NCBI GenBank assembly: GCA_963743675.1
Contig: CAVURE010000009.1
Coordinates: 644,910 to 708,909 of the forward strand
Direction: 5' to 3'
Source of the DNA: an uncultured Actinomycetota bacterium
GTDB lineage: Bacteria; Actinomycetota; Thermoleophilia; Gaiellales; Gaiellaceae
DNA: 64,000 nucleotides
Shown: in pieces, positions 53,386 through 62,668 of the stretch
Layout of the letters: each line of letters starts with the position of its first letter
Position numbering within the stretch: the stretch's first letter is position 1
Position numbers and translations under genes: made by a program
Notes under the pieces: generated by a model
Databases searched by the model: none
What the model saw: the letters and a program-made list of their open reading frames with translations, nothing else
What the model was told of the DNA's origin: nothing

Positions 53386-55107
53386 TCAGGCCCGGATGTG
53401 GAACGGCGCCGCGCGCCAGTCGTACCAGCGCCAGAACCAGTCCGGGACGATCCGCGGGGCCGCCGGGCGCTGACCGGCCTTGCCACCCTGAAGCCAGTCG
53501 AAGAGCTGCCACGCCCATCTCGGCAGCGCCTTCGGGAGCTTCGCGGGACGCCTGGAGGGCACGAGCACGAGCGCCTTCGAGGGCTCGCTGGCCTTGCCGG
53601 AAGAGTCGGTGGCGACCACCCGGTAGACGCTCGGCGAGGAGTGGTGGATCGTTCCGACCGCGGCAGTCGTCTGCCCCGGGATGGTCAGCAGCGAGTGGTT
53701 GCCGAGCGTCACCTGGTAGGAGATCGCGGGTCCGCTCGCACCGACCGACCTCGGCCACGAGAGGACGAGCTGCCCGTGCGAGAAGCGGCCGGTGAGAGCC
53801 GCGGGAGCCGGCGGCCGCATTGCCTCGGGCAGGACGGCGAAGTAGCCGCCGGTCGTGGTCGCGATGTCGACCGAGCCGTCGGCGTTCCGCGTGTAGCCCG
53901 TCTGGGAGCCCTTCGGAAGGGCGCCCGAGAACAGCGGCTGCAGCGGCCGCCACGTCGCGCCGTCGCTCGACGTCATCGGCGCCAGGCTGCCGTCACGCGG
54001 CGGGATATGGATCGTCAGCGGAGCGGCGAATCGCCGGCGCAGCGTGGCGGTCGCGGTCTGCTGCACCTGAAGCTGGACGCCGAAGCCGCCGCCGCCGAAA
54101 CCCGGGACGGGCTGTGCCGGCAACGCCGGGGTGAGCGTGACGACCACCGACTGCTGGAAGGCGCCGGCCGGCCAGCTCACCGACGAGAGGCCGTCCGTCG
54201 ACGCCACGGATCCAGCGGCGGACTCGCCCTCGAGCGGCGGCGCCGGCGACGGGCCCGGGATCGGTGCCGAGCCCGTCGAGCCGACGACGGCGGCGTCGAC
54301 GTAGCTCGAGTCGACGTCGATCGTGACGCCCCCCCAGGTCTCGTGGTGGCCGCCGCGATACTGGTGAAGCCGCTGGTGGTTCGCCCAGAGCGAGTCAGGC
54401 ACGTACGGGTTGCCGAAGACGCTCTCGGCGCCGTTCCAGTCGGCGATCCAGACGTCGTCGGGCGACGAGCCGGTCGTGGCGAGCGCCTGAAGGTCGCGGA
54501 TCGTCGAGGCGGCGCTGCCGTAGACACCGGCCAGATAGCCGAGCGCGTGGAGCTCGTTGACCCAGGCGGACACGAACGCCTGCACGGCCTGCGTGCAGGC
54601 GGGATTGTTGAGGGCATAGCCCTCCATGTCGAAGTAGAGCGGGCTGCCGCTCGGCAGCCCGAGCGTCGAGGAGTCGTTGGCGGCGTCGTCGGCCGCCGCC
54701 GTCCCCTGCGTCGAGGCGTTGGCCGGTGCGATCTTCGCCAGCCCGGACCCCGGCACGCAGGGCGCCTGCAGGCCGACGTAGAGCGGGATCAGGCTCCAGC
54801 CGGCGCCGACCGCGCCCGCCGTCCACGTCGACGAGAGCTGGCTGTTCGCGCAGGCGCGATTCGCGCCGCCGACGTAGATCCCGAGGGCGCGGTAGGGCGA
54901 GGCCAGCCAGGCGTCGAGGGCATCGAGCGAGGGTGCGTTGCACGCGTCGAAGGCGTACCCCGTGAACGCCGAGGCCTTGCTGGAGCCGGATGCCGCAAGT
55001 CCGGAGCCGGCCAGCGCAAGGCAGAGCCACGCCGCGAGCGCGACGCCGCCGATCCGTCTCCAGTGCCCTCTGACCGCTGAAGCGCGCGCTGTGCTCGACC
55101 AGCGCAT
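53386..55107 (-). CDS. secreted DUF1906 (glycoside-hydrolase-like) domain protein with C-terminal Ig/Fn3-like region
   Basis: Track ORF 53386..55158, from ATG 55107: signal-like N-terminus, then FTGYAFDACNAPSLDALDAWLASPYRALGIYVGG...GWSLIPLYVGLQAPC...YFDMEGY. Confidence 0.7.
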   Translation of the reverse strand: MRWSSTARASAVRGHWRRIGGVALAAWLCLALAGSGLAASGSSKASAFTGYAFDACNAPSLDALDAWLASPYRALGIYVGGANRACANSQLSSTWTAGAVGAGWSLIPLYVGLQAPCVPGSGLAKIAPANASTQGTAAADDAANDSSTLGLPSGSPLYFDMEGYALNNPACTQAVQAFVSAWVNELHALGYLAGVYGSAASTIRDLQALATTGSSPDDVWIADWNGAESVFGNPYVPDSLWANHQRLHQYRGGHHETWGGVTIDVDSSYVDAAVVGSTGSAPIPGPSPAPPLEGESAAGSVASTDGLSSVSWPAGAFQQSVVVTLTPALPAQPVPGFGGGGFGVQLQVQQTATATLRRRFAAPLTIHIPPRDGSLAPMTSSDGATWRPLQPLFSGALPKGSQTGYTRNADGSVDIATTTGGYFAVLPEAMRPPAPAALTGRFSHGQLVLSWPRSVGASGPAISYQVTLGNHSLLTIPGQTTAAVGTIHHSSPSVYRVVATDSSGKASEPSKALVLVPSRRPAKLPKALPRWAWQLFDWLQGGKAGQRPAAPRIVPDWFWRWYDWRAAPFHIRA

Positions 55108-55180
55108 CGCGGCTACTTCGCTGCGGGCAGCGGCGCTCCTTGCGGCGTGGTCCCCCATCGAGCGAGCCTAGGGCGGTCCT

Positions 55181-55948
55181 CTAAGCGGCTGGTTCGGGTG
55201 GCGTTCGGAGAGTGTGAGCAACCGCCGGCCCCGCGGAGACACGGCCGAAGCCGTCGACCTCCGCGAGCGTCCGCTCGCGGCGCATCACCTCGCCGCCGCC
55301 CGCCGCCGCCTCCGCCCCCGTGTTTCCCTCGATCGCGGTGAACGACGCCCGGCCCCCGAGCTCGACGATGCCGATGTGGTCCGGGACGCCGCCGTCCCAG
55401 TTGTAGACGGCGATGTCTCCCGGGAGCGGCGCCACGCGGCCGAGCCACATCCCCGTCGCTCGCAGCCAGGCCTCGGTCGACGGCACGTAGGCACATCCTC
55501 GCGGCGTGCAGCCGGCGCCCCGGAAGCCACGTGCGATCGTGTAGCCGGCGCCGATCGCGAAGCAGTAGCTGACGAAGATGTTGCACCAGGGAACTCCGTC
55601 GAGCCCGAACCAGACACCGAACCGCGTGCGGTTCGACCCGGCGGGCTGCTCCTTCGTCCCGACCCACCGGCGCGCCTCGGCGAGCGCCCGGCGACCGACG
55701 GCGCTGCCGGGCTTCGCCGCGGCCGGCGGCGACTCGACGAGCGCGGCACGGGTCTCCGGCCCGACGACCCCGTCGGCCTCGATCGCTGCCGCCGCCTGGA
55801 AGTCGCGCACCGCTCGCTCGGTCGCCGGCCCGTACTGCCCGTCGAGCGGCCCGGGGTCGAAGCCGAGAACGACGAGGCGTCGCTGCAGCGCGAGCAGGTC
55901 GGCCCCGGCGAGCAGCGGGCTCGTGACGACGAGCAGGCGGTCGGCCAT
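55181..55948 (-). CDS. peptidoglycan-binding domain plus CHAP-domain cell-wall hydrolase
   Basis: Track ORF of 255 aa: LQRRLVVLGFDPGPLDGQYGPATERAVRDFQ (PG_binding_1-like), then GVPWCNIFVSYCF...PDHIGIV (CHAP Cys/His). Confidence 0.75.
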   Translation of the reverse strand: MADRLLVVTSPLLAGADLLALQRRLVVLGFDPGPLDGQYGPATERAVRDFQAAAAIEADGVVGPETRAALVESPPAAAKPGSAVGRRALAEARRWVGTKEQPAGSNRTRFGVWFGLDGVPWCNIFVSYCFAIGAGYTIARGFRGAGCTPRGCAYVPSTEAWLRATGMWLGRVAPLPGDIAVYNWDGGVPDHIGIVELGGRASFTAIEGNTGAEAAAGGGEVMRRERTLAEVDGFGRVSAGPAVAHTLRTPPEPAA

Positions 55949-55987
55949 CTCGATAGTCTGCCAGAACTGCTGACAAATGACAACAGT

Positions 55988-57448
55988 TCAGGACCGGATC
56001 AGGTAGCTCCGGAGGTGCAGGAAAGACCCACCCTCCTTCCCGTTCGGCACCCCGGGCGCGAACGAGACCGTGTGCAGGCCCGCTCGTGGCCAGCGCCAGG
56101 CGAACAGCACCGTGCCCGGAATCCGTCTTCCCGAGCTCGACTTGTCCTGCCAGATGCCGCTGCCGTCGAACGTCTCGCGACCGTCGACGAAGACGCGTGC
56201 GTGCCCTGCCTCGCAGCAGCTCTCGCCGAGCGTGCCGAGGAGCGCGATCCCCGATCCGCGGAAGCTGATCCGGCCGGCCGGCCCCACCGAGCGCCGAACC
56301 TGGCGAGCCCCCGCCCAGCCGCGGACGGCCGGCAACGCTCCGGCGGGATCGAGCGCCGCGGCGGCGATCTCGAGCGCAAGGCCGCCGTTCGTCTGCCAGG
56401 CGGTGACCGTCGTCGTCGGCGGCGGCCCGTCGAAGAAGCGGCCGAACGAGCCGTCGGGCGTGCGGTCCGAGAGCGCGGCGGCCGCGTTCGACAGGATCCA
56501 GCCGCGGGCGAACGAGGCGCCGGCCTCCGTCGCGAGCGCGTACATCGCCTCGACGAGCGGCTCGACGACATCGTTCTCCGCCTGCAGATCGGCGAACACG
56601 CCGGACGGGTCGGAGAGGTCGTCGGTCACCGCTCTCGCGGTCGCGGTCGCCTCGTCGAGATAGCTCTGCGTGCCGGTGATGCGCTCGAGCTGCAGGCCGC
56701 TCCAGATCATGTCGCCGTTGACCGAGGCGAAGAATCGGTGTGGCAGCGGCGTGCAGCTCGACCCGTCGTCGAAGACGTAGACGGTGTAGAGCGCGACCGC
56801 GGGGTCGAGGAAGTGCGAGCGGACGGCGGCATAGAGCGACCGCGCCGACTGGAGATAGGCGTCCTCCCCGGTCACCTGGTAGAGCAGGATCGCCGCCTTG
56901 ATCGCGTTCGCATCCGTCTCGAGCGTCTTCAACCTGTTCTCGCCGCCTCCAGGCTGCTGGTAGAGGATGTCGGGGCACGCTCCGAGCGCGTAGGCGTCCG
57001 AGTGCTCGACGAGCCCGAAGGCGGCGCGGGCGTTCGCAAGCGCCTGCGGGCTCCCGGTCACCTGGTACTCGCGAACGGCCGCGATCGCGTCCCACTCGGG
57101 CACGTCGCTCCAGGAGCCACACGAGGGCAGATCGCAGGAAGCGGGGTAGGCCGGCGCTTTCTCCGTCAGTGCCTCCATCACGGGTGGGATGCTCGCGTCA
57201 CCCGCCGTCTGCCAGCGCAGGAAGAGCGTATAGGTCAGCGAGTCGGCGCCCCAGTCGCTGTCGGTGGCCGCGCAGCCGGGAGCGTCGCATTCGTTCCAGA
57301 GCCCGTCACCCGTCGCGTAGACCGAGAGCAGCGTGGCGAGCGCACGGCTTCCCGCGTCGGCGAAGGTCGGCGTCGACACCGCCGCCGACGGCGCTGCAAG
57401 AGCGCCGACGGCGACGGCGAGCGCGGCGGCACGGCGGGGCCACCTCAT
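55988..57448 (-). CDS. secreted (alpha/alpha)6 six-hairpin glycosidase-like protein (GH76-like, tentative)
   Basis: C-terminal 486 aa of track ORF 55988..58156, from ATG 57448: signal peptide MRWPRRAAALAVAVGALAAPSAAV. The repeated helical W/Y-rich pattern (LLYQVTGEDAYLQSARSLY) suggests this fold. Confidence 0.5.
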   Translation of the reverse strand: MRWPRRAAALAVAVGALAAPSAAVSTPTFADAGSRALATLLSVYATGDGLWNECDAPGCAATDSDWGADSLTYTLFLRWQTAGDASIPPVMEALTEKAPAYPASCDLPSCGSWSDVPEWDAIAAVREYQVTGSPQALANARAAFGLVEHSDAYALGACPDILYQQPGGGENRLKTLETDANAIKAAILLYQVTGEDAYLQSARSLYAAVRSHFLDPAVALYTVYVFDDGSSCTPLPHRFFASVNGDMIWSGLQLERITGTQSYLDEATATARAVTDDLSDPSGVFADLQAENDVVEPLVEAMYALATEAGASFARGWILSNAAAALSDRTPDGSFGRFFDGPPPTTTVTAWQTNGGLALEIAAAALDPAGALPAVRGWAGARQVRRSVGPAGRISFRGSGIALLGTLGESCCEAGHARVFVDGRETFDGSGIWQDKSSSGRRIPGTVLFAWRWPRAGLHTVSFAPGVPNGKEGGSFLHLRSYLIRS

Positions 57449-57697
57449 GGTGCGACGGTAGCGCGTCGGGGGCACGGGACGTGTGAGGAGAGGCCCGACG
57501 AGTCGAGCCTCTCCCCTGTCCGAGGCCTTGGGGGACGCACTCCTTGTCGCCCGGCCCCAACCCCGCGAGCCCTTCCGAAGCTGGCGCGCGTACGTCTCGA
57601 GTGTGCGCACGGCCGGGCCGCCCGGCAAGGGTCGTTCACCGTCCCGTTGCGAGGTTACGGCCACGCTGTCTCGCCGATCGGTCACAATGGCGCCGCT

Positions 57698-58423
57698 GTG
57701 GCCCAAGCTGGATCGCAACCGGTCGTCGGCATCACGACGTACGTCACGCAGGCGTCGTTCGGCGTCTGGAGCACCCGCGCGGCGCTCGTCCCGTACGACT
57801 ACGTGCGCGCCGTCGCGCGTGCGGGCGGCCGTGCGCTGCTCGTGCCGCCTGCGGAGGACGGGATCGAGGAGACGCTCGACGCGGTCGACGGCTTGATCCT
57901 CTCCGGGGGCTCCGACCTCGATCCCGACCTCTACGGCCAGGCGCCCCACGCCGAGACGACCGGGATCGTCCCCGAGCGGGACGGCGCCGAGCTGGCGCTC
58001 CTGCGCGCGGCGCTCGAGCGCGACCTGCCGGTGCTCGCGATCTGCCGCGGCTCGCAGGTGCTGAACGTCGCACTCGGGGGTGACCTCGTCCAGCACCTGC
58101 CGGACCTGATCGGGCACAACGGGCACAAGGAGTCGCCCGGGAAGTTCTCGGACCATGAGGTCGAGATCGAGCCCGGCACCCGGCTCGCCGGCCTACTCGG
58201 CGCCCGGGCCGACGTCAAGTCGCACCACCACCAGGGCTACGCGCGTCTCGGCACGGGCCTGCAGGCCGCCGCCAGGGACGGCGACGGAGTCATCGAGGCG
58301 CTCGAGGATCCCACGCGCCGCTTCACCCTCGGCGTCCTCTGGCACCCCGAGGCAGGCGAGGACCTGCGCCTGTTCGAGGCCCTCGTGGCCGAGGCGGCGC
58401 TCTACCGCCGCGAGCGGCGTTAG
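57698..58423 (+). CDS. class I glutamine amidotransferase-like, gamma-glutamyl-GABA hydrolase (PuuD / peptidase C26) family
   Basis: Last 241 aa of track ORF 55214..58423, from GTG 57698: PVVGITTY...LILSGGSDLDP...LAICRGSQVLNVALGG...HHHQGY...LGVLWHPE. Confidence 0.8.
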   Translation: MAQAGSQPVVGITTYVTQASFGVWSTRAALVPYDYVRAVARAGGRALLVPPAEDGIEETLDAVDGLILSGGSDLDPDLYGQAPHAETTGIVPERDGAELALLRAALERDLPVLAICRGSQVLNVALGGDLVQHLPDLIGHNGHKESPGKFSDHEVEIEPGTRLAGLLGARADVKSHHHQGYARLGTGLQAAARDGDGVIEALEDPTRRFTLGVLWHPEAGEDLRLFEALVAEAALYRRERR

Positions 58424-58436
58424 GCGGGCGACCCGT

Positions 58437-58844
58437 TCAGGCGGCGGCGCCGACCTCGGAGGTGCAGAACGCGCACCGGCTCGCCGCGATCGGGATCTCG
58501 CTCAGGCACTGCGGGCAGTTCCGCGTCGTCGGGTCGGCGGGCCGCTCGGTGCGTGAGCGTGCGACGAGCGCGTTCACGGGCTTGATCACGAGGAAGAACA
58601 GCACGATCGCCACCAGCACGAACGAGAGCAGCGCGTTCAGGAACAGGCCGTAGGCGAAGTGGCTGCCGTTGATCGTGAACGAGAGGTCGGAGAAGCTCGG
58701 CTTGCCGAAGATGGCCGCGATCAGCGGCGTGATGACGTCGGCGACGAACGCGGCGACCACCGCTCCGAAGGCGATGCCGATCACGATGCCGACCGCCATG
58801 TCGACGAGGTTTCCGCGCAGCAGGAATGCCTTGAAGTCCTTCAC
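58437..58844 (-). CDS. mscL: large-conductance mechanosensitive channel with C-terminal CxxC-X11-CxxC zinc-ribbon-like tail
   Basis: Part of track ORF 58437..59330, from GTG 58844 (GGAAGGAGG upstream): VKDFKAFLLRGNLVDMAVGIVIGIAFGAVV...LNALLSFVLVAIVLFFLVIKPVN...RNCPQCLSEIPIAASRCAFCTSEV. Confidence 0.85.
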   Translation of the reverse strand: MKDFKAFLLRGNLVDMAVGIVIGIAFGAVVAAFVADVITPLIAAIFGKPSFSDLSFTINGSHFAYGLFLNALLSFVLVAIVLFFLVIKPVNALVARSRTERPADPTTRNCPQCLSEIPIAASRCAFCTSEVGAAA

Positions 58845-58954
58845 GACCCCTCCTTCCGGGCGCGGCGCGCCCCTGATGACCGGTAGCCCCGAATCATCGC
58901 GGGTGGGCCGGCGGATCTCAACCGGGCGCCGAGGCGGCCGGAGCCGGCGTGGCG

Positions 58955-59608
58955 CTAGGACTCGTCCGGCGGTGCCGGCAGGGTGCGAATGGCGACGAGG
59001 CCCGCCCGCAGAGCCTTCTCGAGAAACTCCGCCTTCAGAGCGATGACCTCGCTCGGGTCGAACGAGACGTCGCTCGCGTGCTGCTCGTACCACGCGTTCC
59101 ACACCTCGACCATGCCGCGCATCGCGATCGTCGACATCACCCGCGCGCGTATCCCGTCGACCGGCTCGCCGAGCTCGACCGCGAAGGCCTCGGCGAAGAT
59201 GTCGTCGAGCCGTGTCCACCGTCGGCGCTGCTCGGCAACGAGCTCCGGGACGGAGTCGACGATCTTCGGCATGACTCGCAGCACCTCCGCGTAGGGCCGC
59301 TCGACCTCGAGCAGATCCTCGCTGACCCACTCGACAATCGCGTTCACCGCGGGCTCCGTCGGGATACGTCCGAGGATCCGGGCGCTCGCGCTGTCGATGA
59401 TCGACTCCGCGAGGCCGAAGACGATGTCGACCTTGCCGGGGAAGTAGTTGAAGAACGTGCTCGGCGCGATCTCTGCCGCGTCGGCGATCTGGACGAGCGT
59501 GGTCTCGTGGTAGCCCTGCTCCGCGAAGAGCCGGAACGCCACCTCGATGATCGTTGCCCGCGTACGCTGCTTTTTTCGTTCCCGTAGGCCCGGTTGTGCC
59601 ATCGACAT
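58955..59608 (-). CDS. TetR/AcrR-family transcriptional regulator
   Basis: Part of track ORF 58955..59905, from ATG 59608: MSMAQPGLRERKKQRTRATIIEVAFRLFAEQGYHETTLVQIADAAEIAPSTFFNYFPGK. Confidence 0.85.
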   Translation of the reverse strand: MSMAQPGLRERKKQRTRATIIEVAFRLFAEQGYHETTLVQIADAAEIAPSTFFNYFPGKVDIVFGLAESIIDSASARILGRIPTEPAVNAIVEWVSEDLLEVERPYAEVLRVMPKIVDSVPELVAEQRRRWTRLDDIFAEAFAVELGEPVDGIRARVMSTIAMRGMVEVWNAWYEQHASDVSFDPSEVIALKAEFLEKALRAGLVAIRTLPAPPDES

Positions 59609-59723
59609 CCTCACAACCCCCAAGTTAACCGCCGGTTCCCACTGTAACGCATGCGCTCGGGAATTACACGTCGTCGCTCGGCCCGGCGGAGACAACTCAT
59701 GAGAACCGCTATCATCAAAGGGC

Positions 59724-60170
59724 ATGGCGACGACGGGTACGACAGCGGCGTGGGCCGAGGCGACGCTCGAGGCGCTCCACCGGAAGGGGCTGCGGAACGG
59801 CGGAGCGCGGCGGGCCGTGATCGAGCTCCTCGCCGCGCAGGACTGCTGCCTGACCGCGCAGGAGATCTTCGACCGGCTCCGCGCCTCGGGGCGCCGGGTC
59901 GGCATCGCGAGCGTGTACCGCGTGCTCGAGCTCCTGACGTCCGAAGGGCTCGTGCAGCGGATCGATCTCGGCGCCGGCAGCGCGCGCTACGAGCCGATCC
60001 ACACGGGCGGCGGCCACCACCATCACCTCGTGTGTGATCGCTGCGGGAAGGTCGACGCCTTCGAGGACCTCCAGCTCGAGCATGCGATCGGCCGTCTCGA
60101 GCAGACCTCGGGCTACGCCGTTGCCGGGCACGACGTCGTCCTCCACGGCGCCTGCGGCGCCTGCCGCTAG
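59724..60170 (+). CDS. Fur-family metalloregulator (Zur-like by context)
   Basis: Track ORF of 148 aa: TAQEIFDRL...IASVYRVLELLTSEGLV...HHHHLVCDRCGKV...HGACGAC. Confidence 0.8.
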   Translation: MATTGTTAAWAEATLEALHRKGLRNGGARRAVIELLAAQDCCLTAQEIFDRLRASGRRVGIASVYRVLELLTSEGLVQRIDLGAGSARYEPIHTGGGHHHHLVCDRCGKVDAFEDLQLEHAIGRLEQTSGYAVAGHDVVLHGACGACR

Positions 60171-60991
60171 AGAGGCAACCGCGAGATCGGCGCCGAGGTG
60201 GCCGCGATCGCGCCGACGTAGATCGCAACGGCGACGCCGACGATGGCGCTGCTCGGCGGAAGGGACGGGAAGAGGTAGGCGAGCGTGATTCCCCCCCACA
60301 CCGAGGCGACCCCGGCGACGACCGACAGGAGCAGCCCGAGCCGGGGGTCGGCGGTCAGCCGGATCGCGGCCCCGGCGGGAGCCGCGACGAGTCCGAGGAG
60401 GAGCAGCGCCCCGACCGCCTGGGTCGCTTCGCCCGCGTCGATCCCGAGCAGCACGAGCAGGCCGGCGCCGACGAGGCCGACAGGCACGCCGCGCGCCTCG
60501 GCCGACTGGGGCGCGATCGTCGCGAAGAGGAGCGGCCGGGCGATCCCTGCGAGCCCGGCGGCGATGAGGAGCGCGATCAGCGCGGCGACCTCCGTCTGCC
60601 GTGCGGTGAGGCTGAAGATCGACCCGAAGAGGGTACGCGCGGCGATCGCGCCGTTGCCGCCGCCCGACCCGCGGCTGAAGAGGAAGAGAAACAGCACGCC
60701 GAGGCCGAGCACCCAGGAGAACACGACGCCGATGGCGGTGTCGTCGACGCGGATGCGCTCGCCGAGCGCAGCGAAGAGCAGCGCGACCGCGATCGTCGAC
60801 GCGAACAACCCGATGCGGAGATCGATGCCGACGAGCGCGGCAGCGAGCACGCCCGTGAAGGCGACGTGGCCGAGCGCGTCTCCGGCGAACACCTGCGCGC
60901 GCAGCACGACGAAGTAGCCGACCGCACCCGACGCGATCGCGATCGCCGAGCCGGCGAGGAGCGCGTTGCGGACGAACTCCTGGTCGAGCAT
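60167..60991 (-). CDS. metal ABC transporter permease (ABC-3 / ZnuB-MntD-TroD type)
   Basis: Part of track ORF 60167..61612, from ATG 60991: MLDQEFVRNALLAGSAIAIASGAVGYFVVLRAQVFAGDALGHVAFTG. Confidence 0.85.
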   Translation of the reverse strand: MLDQEFVRNALLAGSAIAIASGAVGYFVVLRAQVFAGDALGHVAFTGVLAAALVGIDLRIGLFASTIAVALLFAALGERIRVDDTAIGVVFSWVLGLGVLFLFLFSRGSGGGNGAIAARTLFGSIFSLTARQTEVAALIALLIAAGLAGIARPLLFATIAPQSAEARGVPVGLVGAGLLVLLGIDAGEATQAVGALLLLGLVAAPAGAAIRLTADPRLGLLLSVVAGVASVWGGITLAYLFPSLPPSSAIVGVAVAIYVGAIAATSAPISRLPL

Positions 60992-61851
60992 CAGCGCGTC
61001 CCGGCCACGAACGCGCGCCATCCGCTCGCGGCGACGAAGGCGGCGAAGCCGAGCGAGGTGACGAAGAAGCCGATCGGGTAGTCGGTGTAGTACGAGAGCG
61101 CGAGCCCGAGCCAGGTGACGGCGAGCCCGATCGCCGCCGTGAGCACGAGCCCGAACGAGATCCGGGCGGTGAGCCGCTGGGCGGCAGCCGCGGGCGCGAC
61201 GAGCAGCGCGAACACGAGCAGCACGCCCGTGATCTGCGCCGTTGCCGCCACCGCGAGGCCGAGCACGAGCAGGAAGGCGGGCTCGAGCAGCCACACCGGC
61301 ACGCCGCGCGCCCGCGCCGCCGCCGGGTCGATCGAGGCATAGAGAAGCGGCCGCCCGGCCACGACGAAGAACAGCCCGGTCCCGGCGCCGACGGCGAGCA
61401 GGGTCAGGACCTGGTCGTGTGTGATGCCGAGGAACGACCCGAAGAGAAGCGTCTCGAGGCCCTCGAGGACGCCGTTGTAGAGGCTGAGGAAGAGAAAGCC
61501 GAGCGCGAACCCCGCGACCTGAACGGTTCCGACGACGGCCGACTCCCGTGAGGGATTGCGCCCGGAGCCGCCCCGCGATCCGGCTGCGATCGCGATCGCG
61601 GCGACCGAGCACGAGCCGAAGTAGCCGAGCGCAAGCGGAATGCCGGCGAGCGCCGCCCCGCTCGCCCCGGGGAACGACATCACGGCCAGCGTGTGCCCGG
61701 CGAAGCTCTGGCGGCGGAGCACCATGAACCAGCCGGCCACCGCCGAGATCAGGGCGACGATCGTCCCCGCCTCGAGCGCGTTGACCATGAACGGGAAGTC
61801 GAAGAGCCCACGGACCCCGGAGACGAGGTCACAGGCGATCTGCGGGCCCAT
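60991..61851 (-). CDS. metal ABC transporter permease (ABC-3 / TroC-MntC type)
   Basis: Track ORF of 286 aa: FDFPFMVNALEAGTIVALISAVAGWFMVLRRQSFAGHTLAV. ATGA overlaps at both ends. Confidence 0.85.
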   Translation of the reverse strand: MGPQIACDLVSGVRGLFDFPFMVNALEAGTIVALISAVAGWFMVLRRQSFAGHTLAVMSFPGASGAALAGIPLALGYFGSCSVAAIAIAAGSRGGSGRNPSRESAVVGTVQVAGFALGFLFLSLYNGVLEGLETLLFGSFLGITHDQVLTLLAVGAGTGLFFVVAGRPLLYASIDPAAARARGVPVWLLEPAFLLVLGLAVAATAQITGVLLVFALLVAPAAAAQRLTARISFGLVLTAAIGLAVTWLGLALSYYTDYPIGFFVTSLGFAAFVAASGWRAFVAGTR

Positions 61852-62666
61852 CAGTGCGCGTGCCGGTCGGAGTGGTGCGCCGGGGCCTCCGGCTGCCCGA
61901 CGACCACGAGCCGGCCGTCGGAGGTGCGCAGCACCTCGATCGGCACCCCGTACAGCCCGCTCAGCGTCTCGCTCGTGATCACCTGCTCGGGCAACCCGGA
62001 GACGACCCGTCCGCCCGCAACGTAGACAACGCGATCGAGGTCGTGGAGAAGCGGGTTCACGTCGTGGGCGACGAGGAGCACGGCCACGTCCTGCGACCGG
62101 CAGATCCGGCCGAGGAGCGCGGAGACCGCGGTCTGGTTCGGAAGGTCGAGGCTGTCGAGCGGCTCGTCGAGCAGGAGCAGCTCGGGCTCCGCGGCGAGAG
62201 CCTGGGCGATCAGGAGCCGCTGCTGCTCACCGCCCGAGCACTCGCCGATCGAGCGGCGGGCATACGAGCGGGCGCCGACGAGGTCGATGACCCGATCGAC
62301 GCGGGCGCGGGTGGCGCGTCCCGCGCCGAGGGGGAGGCCCCAGCGGTCGCCGTCGAGCCCGAGCCGGACCAGGTCGACGCCGCGGATGCGGGTCGAGGAG
62401 TCGAATGCGTGGCGTTGCGGGAGGTAGCCGATATCGCCGTTCCGCCGCCCCGGCGGCGCGCCGAGCACGGTCACGCTGCCCGCGCTCGGCGGGAGCAGGC
62501 CGAGCAGCACCCGCAGGAGCGTCGACTTGCCGGCTCCGTTCGGCCCGAGCACGGCGACGAGCTCTCCCGGCTCGATCACCAGGTCGACCCCGGCCCAGAT
62601 CGTCGAGTCGCCGATCCTGGCCGCTGCGCCGCGTAGCTCGACCGCCGGGCCCCCGGGCTGCCCCAT
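61851..62666 (-). CDS. metal ABC transporter ATP-binding protein (ZnuC/MntB/TroB type)
   Basis: Part of track ORF 61851..63194, from ATG 62666 (GGGAGG upstream): GPNGAGKSTLL, CSGGEQQRLLIAQAL, LLLDEPLDSLD. Confidence 0.88.
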   Translation of the reverse strand: MGQPGGPAVELRGAAARIGDSTIWAGVDLVIEPGELVAVLGPNGAGKSTLLRVLLGLLPPSAGSVTVLGAPPGRRNGDIGYLPQRHAFDSSTRIRGVDLVRLGLDGDRWGLPLGAGRATRARVDRVIDLVGARSYARRSIGECSGGEQQRLLIAQALAAEPELLLLDEPLDSLDLPNQTAVSALLGRICRSQDVAVLLVAHDVNPLLHDLDRVVYVAGGRVVSGLPEQVITSETLSGLYGVPIEVLRTSDGRLVVVGQPEAPAHHSDRHAH

Positions 62667-62668
62667 CC

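Noticed and set aside
55214-58423. The 1069-aa ORF, which is the longest in the track. Similar very long ORFs are 4352..6409(-), 6307..8412(-), 8437..10413(-), 16989..18989(-), 30926..32575(-), 46810..48504(-), 42904..44241(-) and 43883..45472(-).
   Set aside because: Their translations are Arg/Pro/Gly/Ala/Asp-rich low-complexity strings with no recognisable motifs. Each lies antisense to, or in an alternate frame of, a gene with clear family signatures. Stop-poor shadow frames are expected at this G+C content. Only the last 241 aa of 55214..58423 (the PuuD-like protein) are real.
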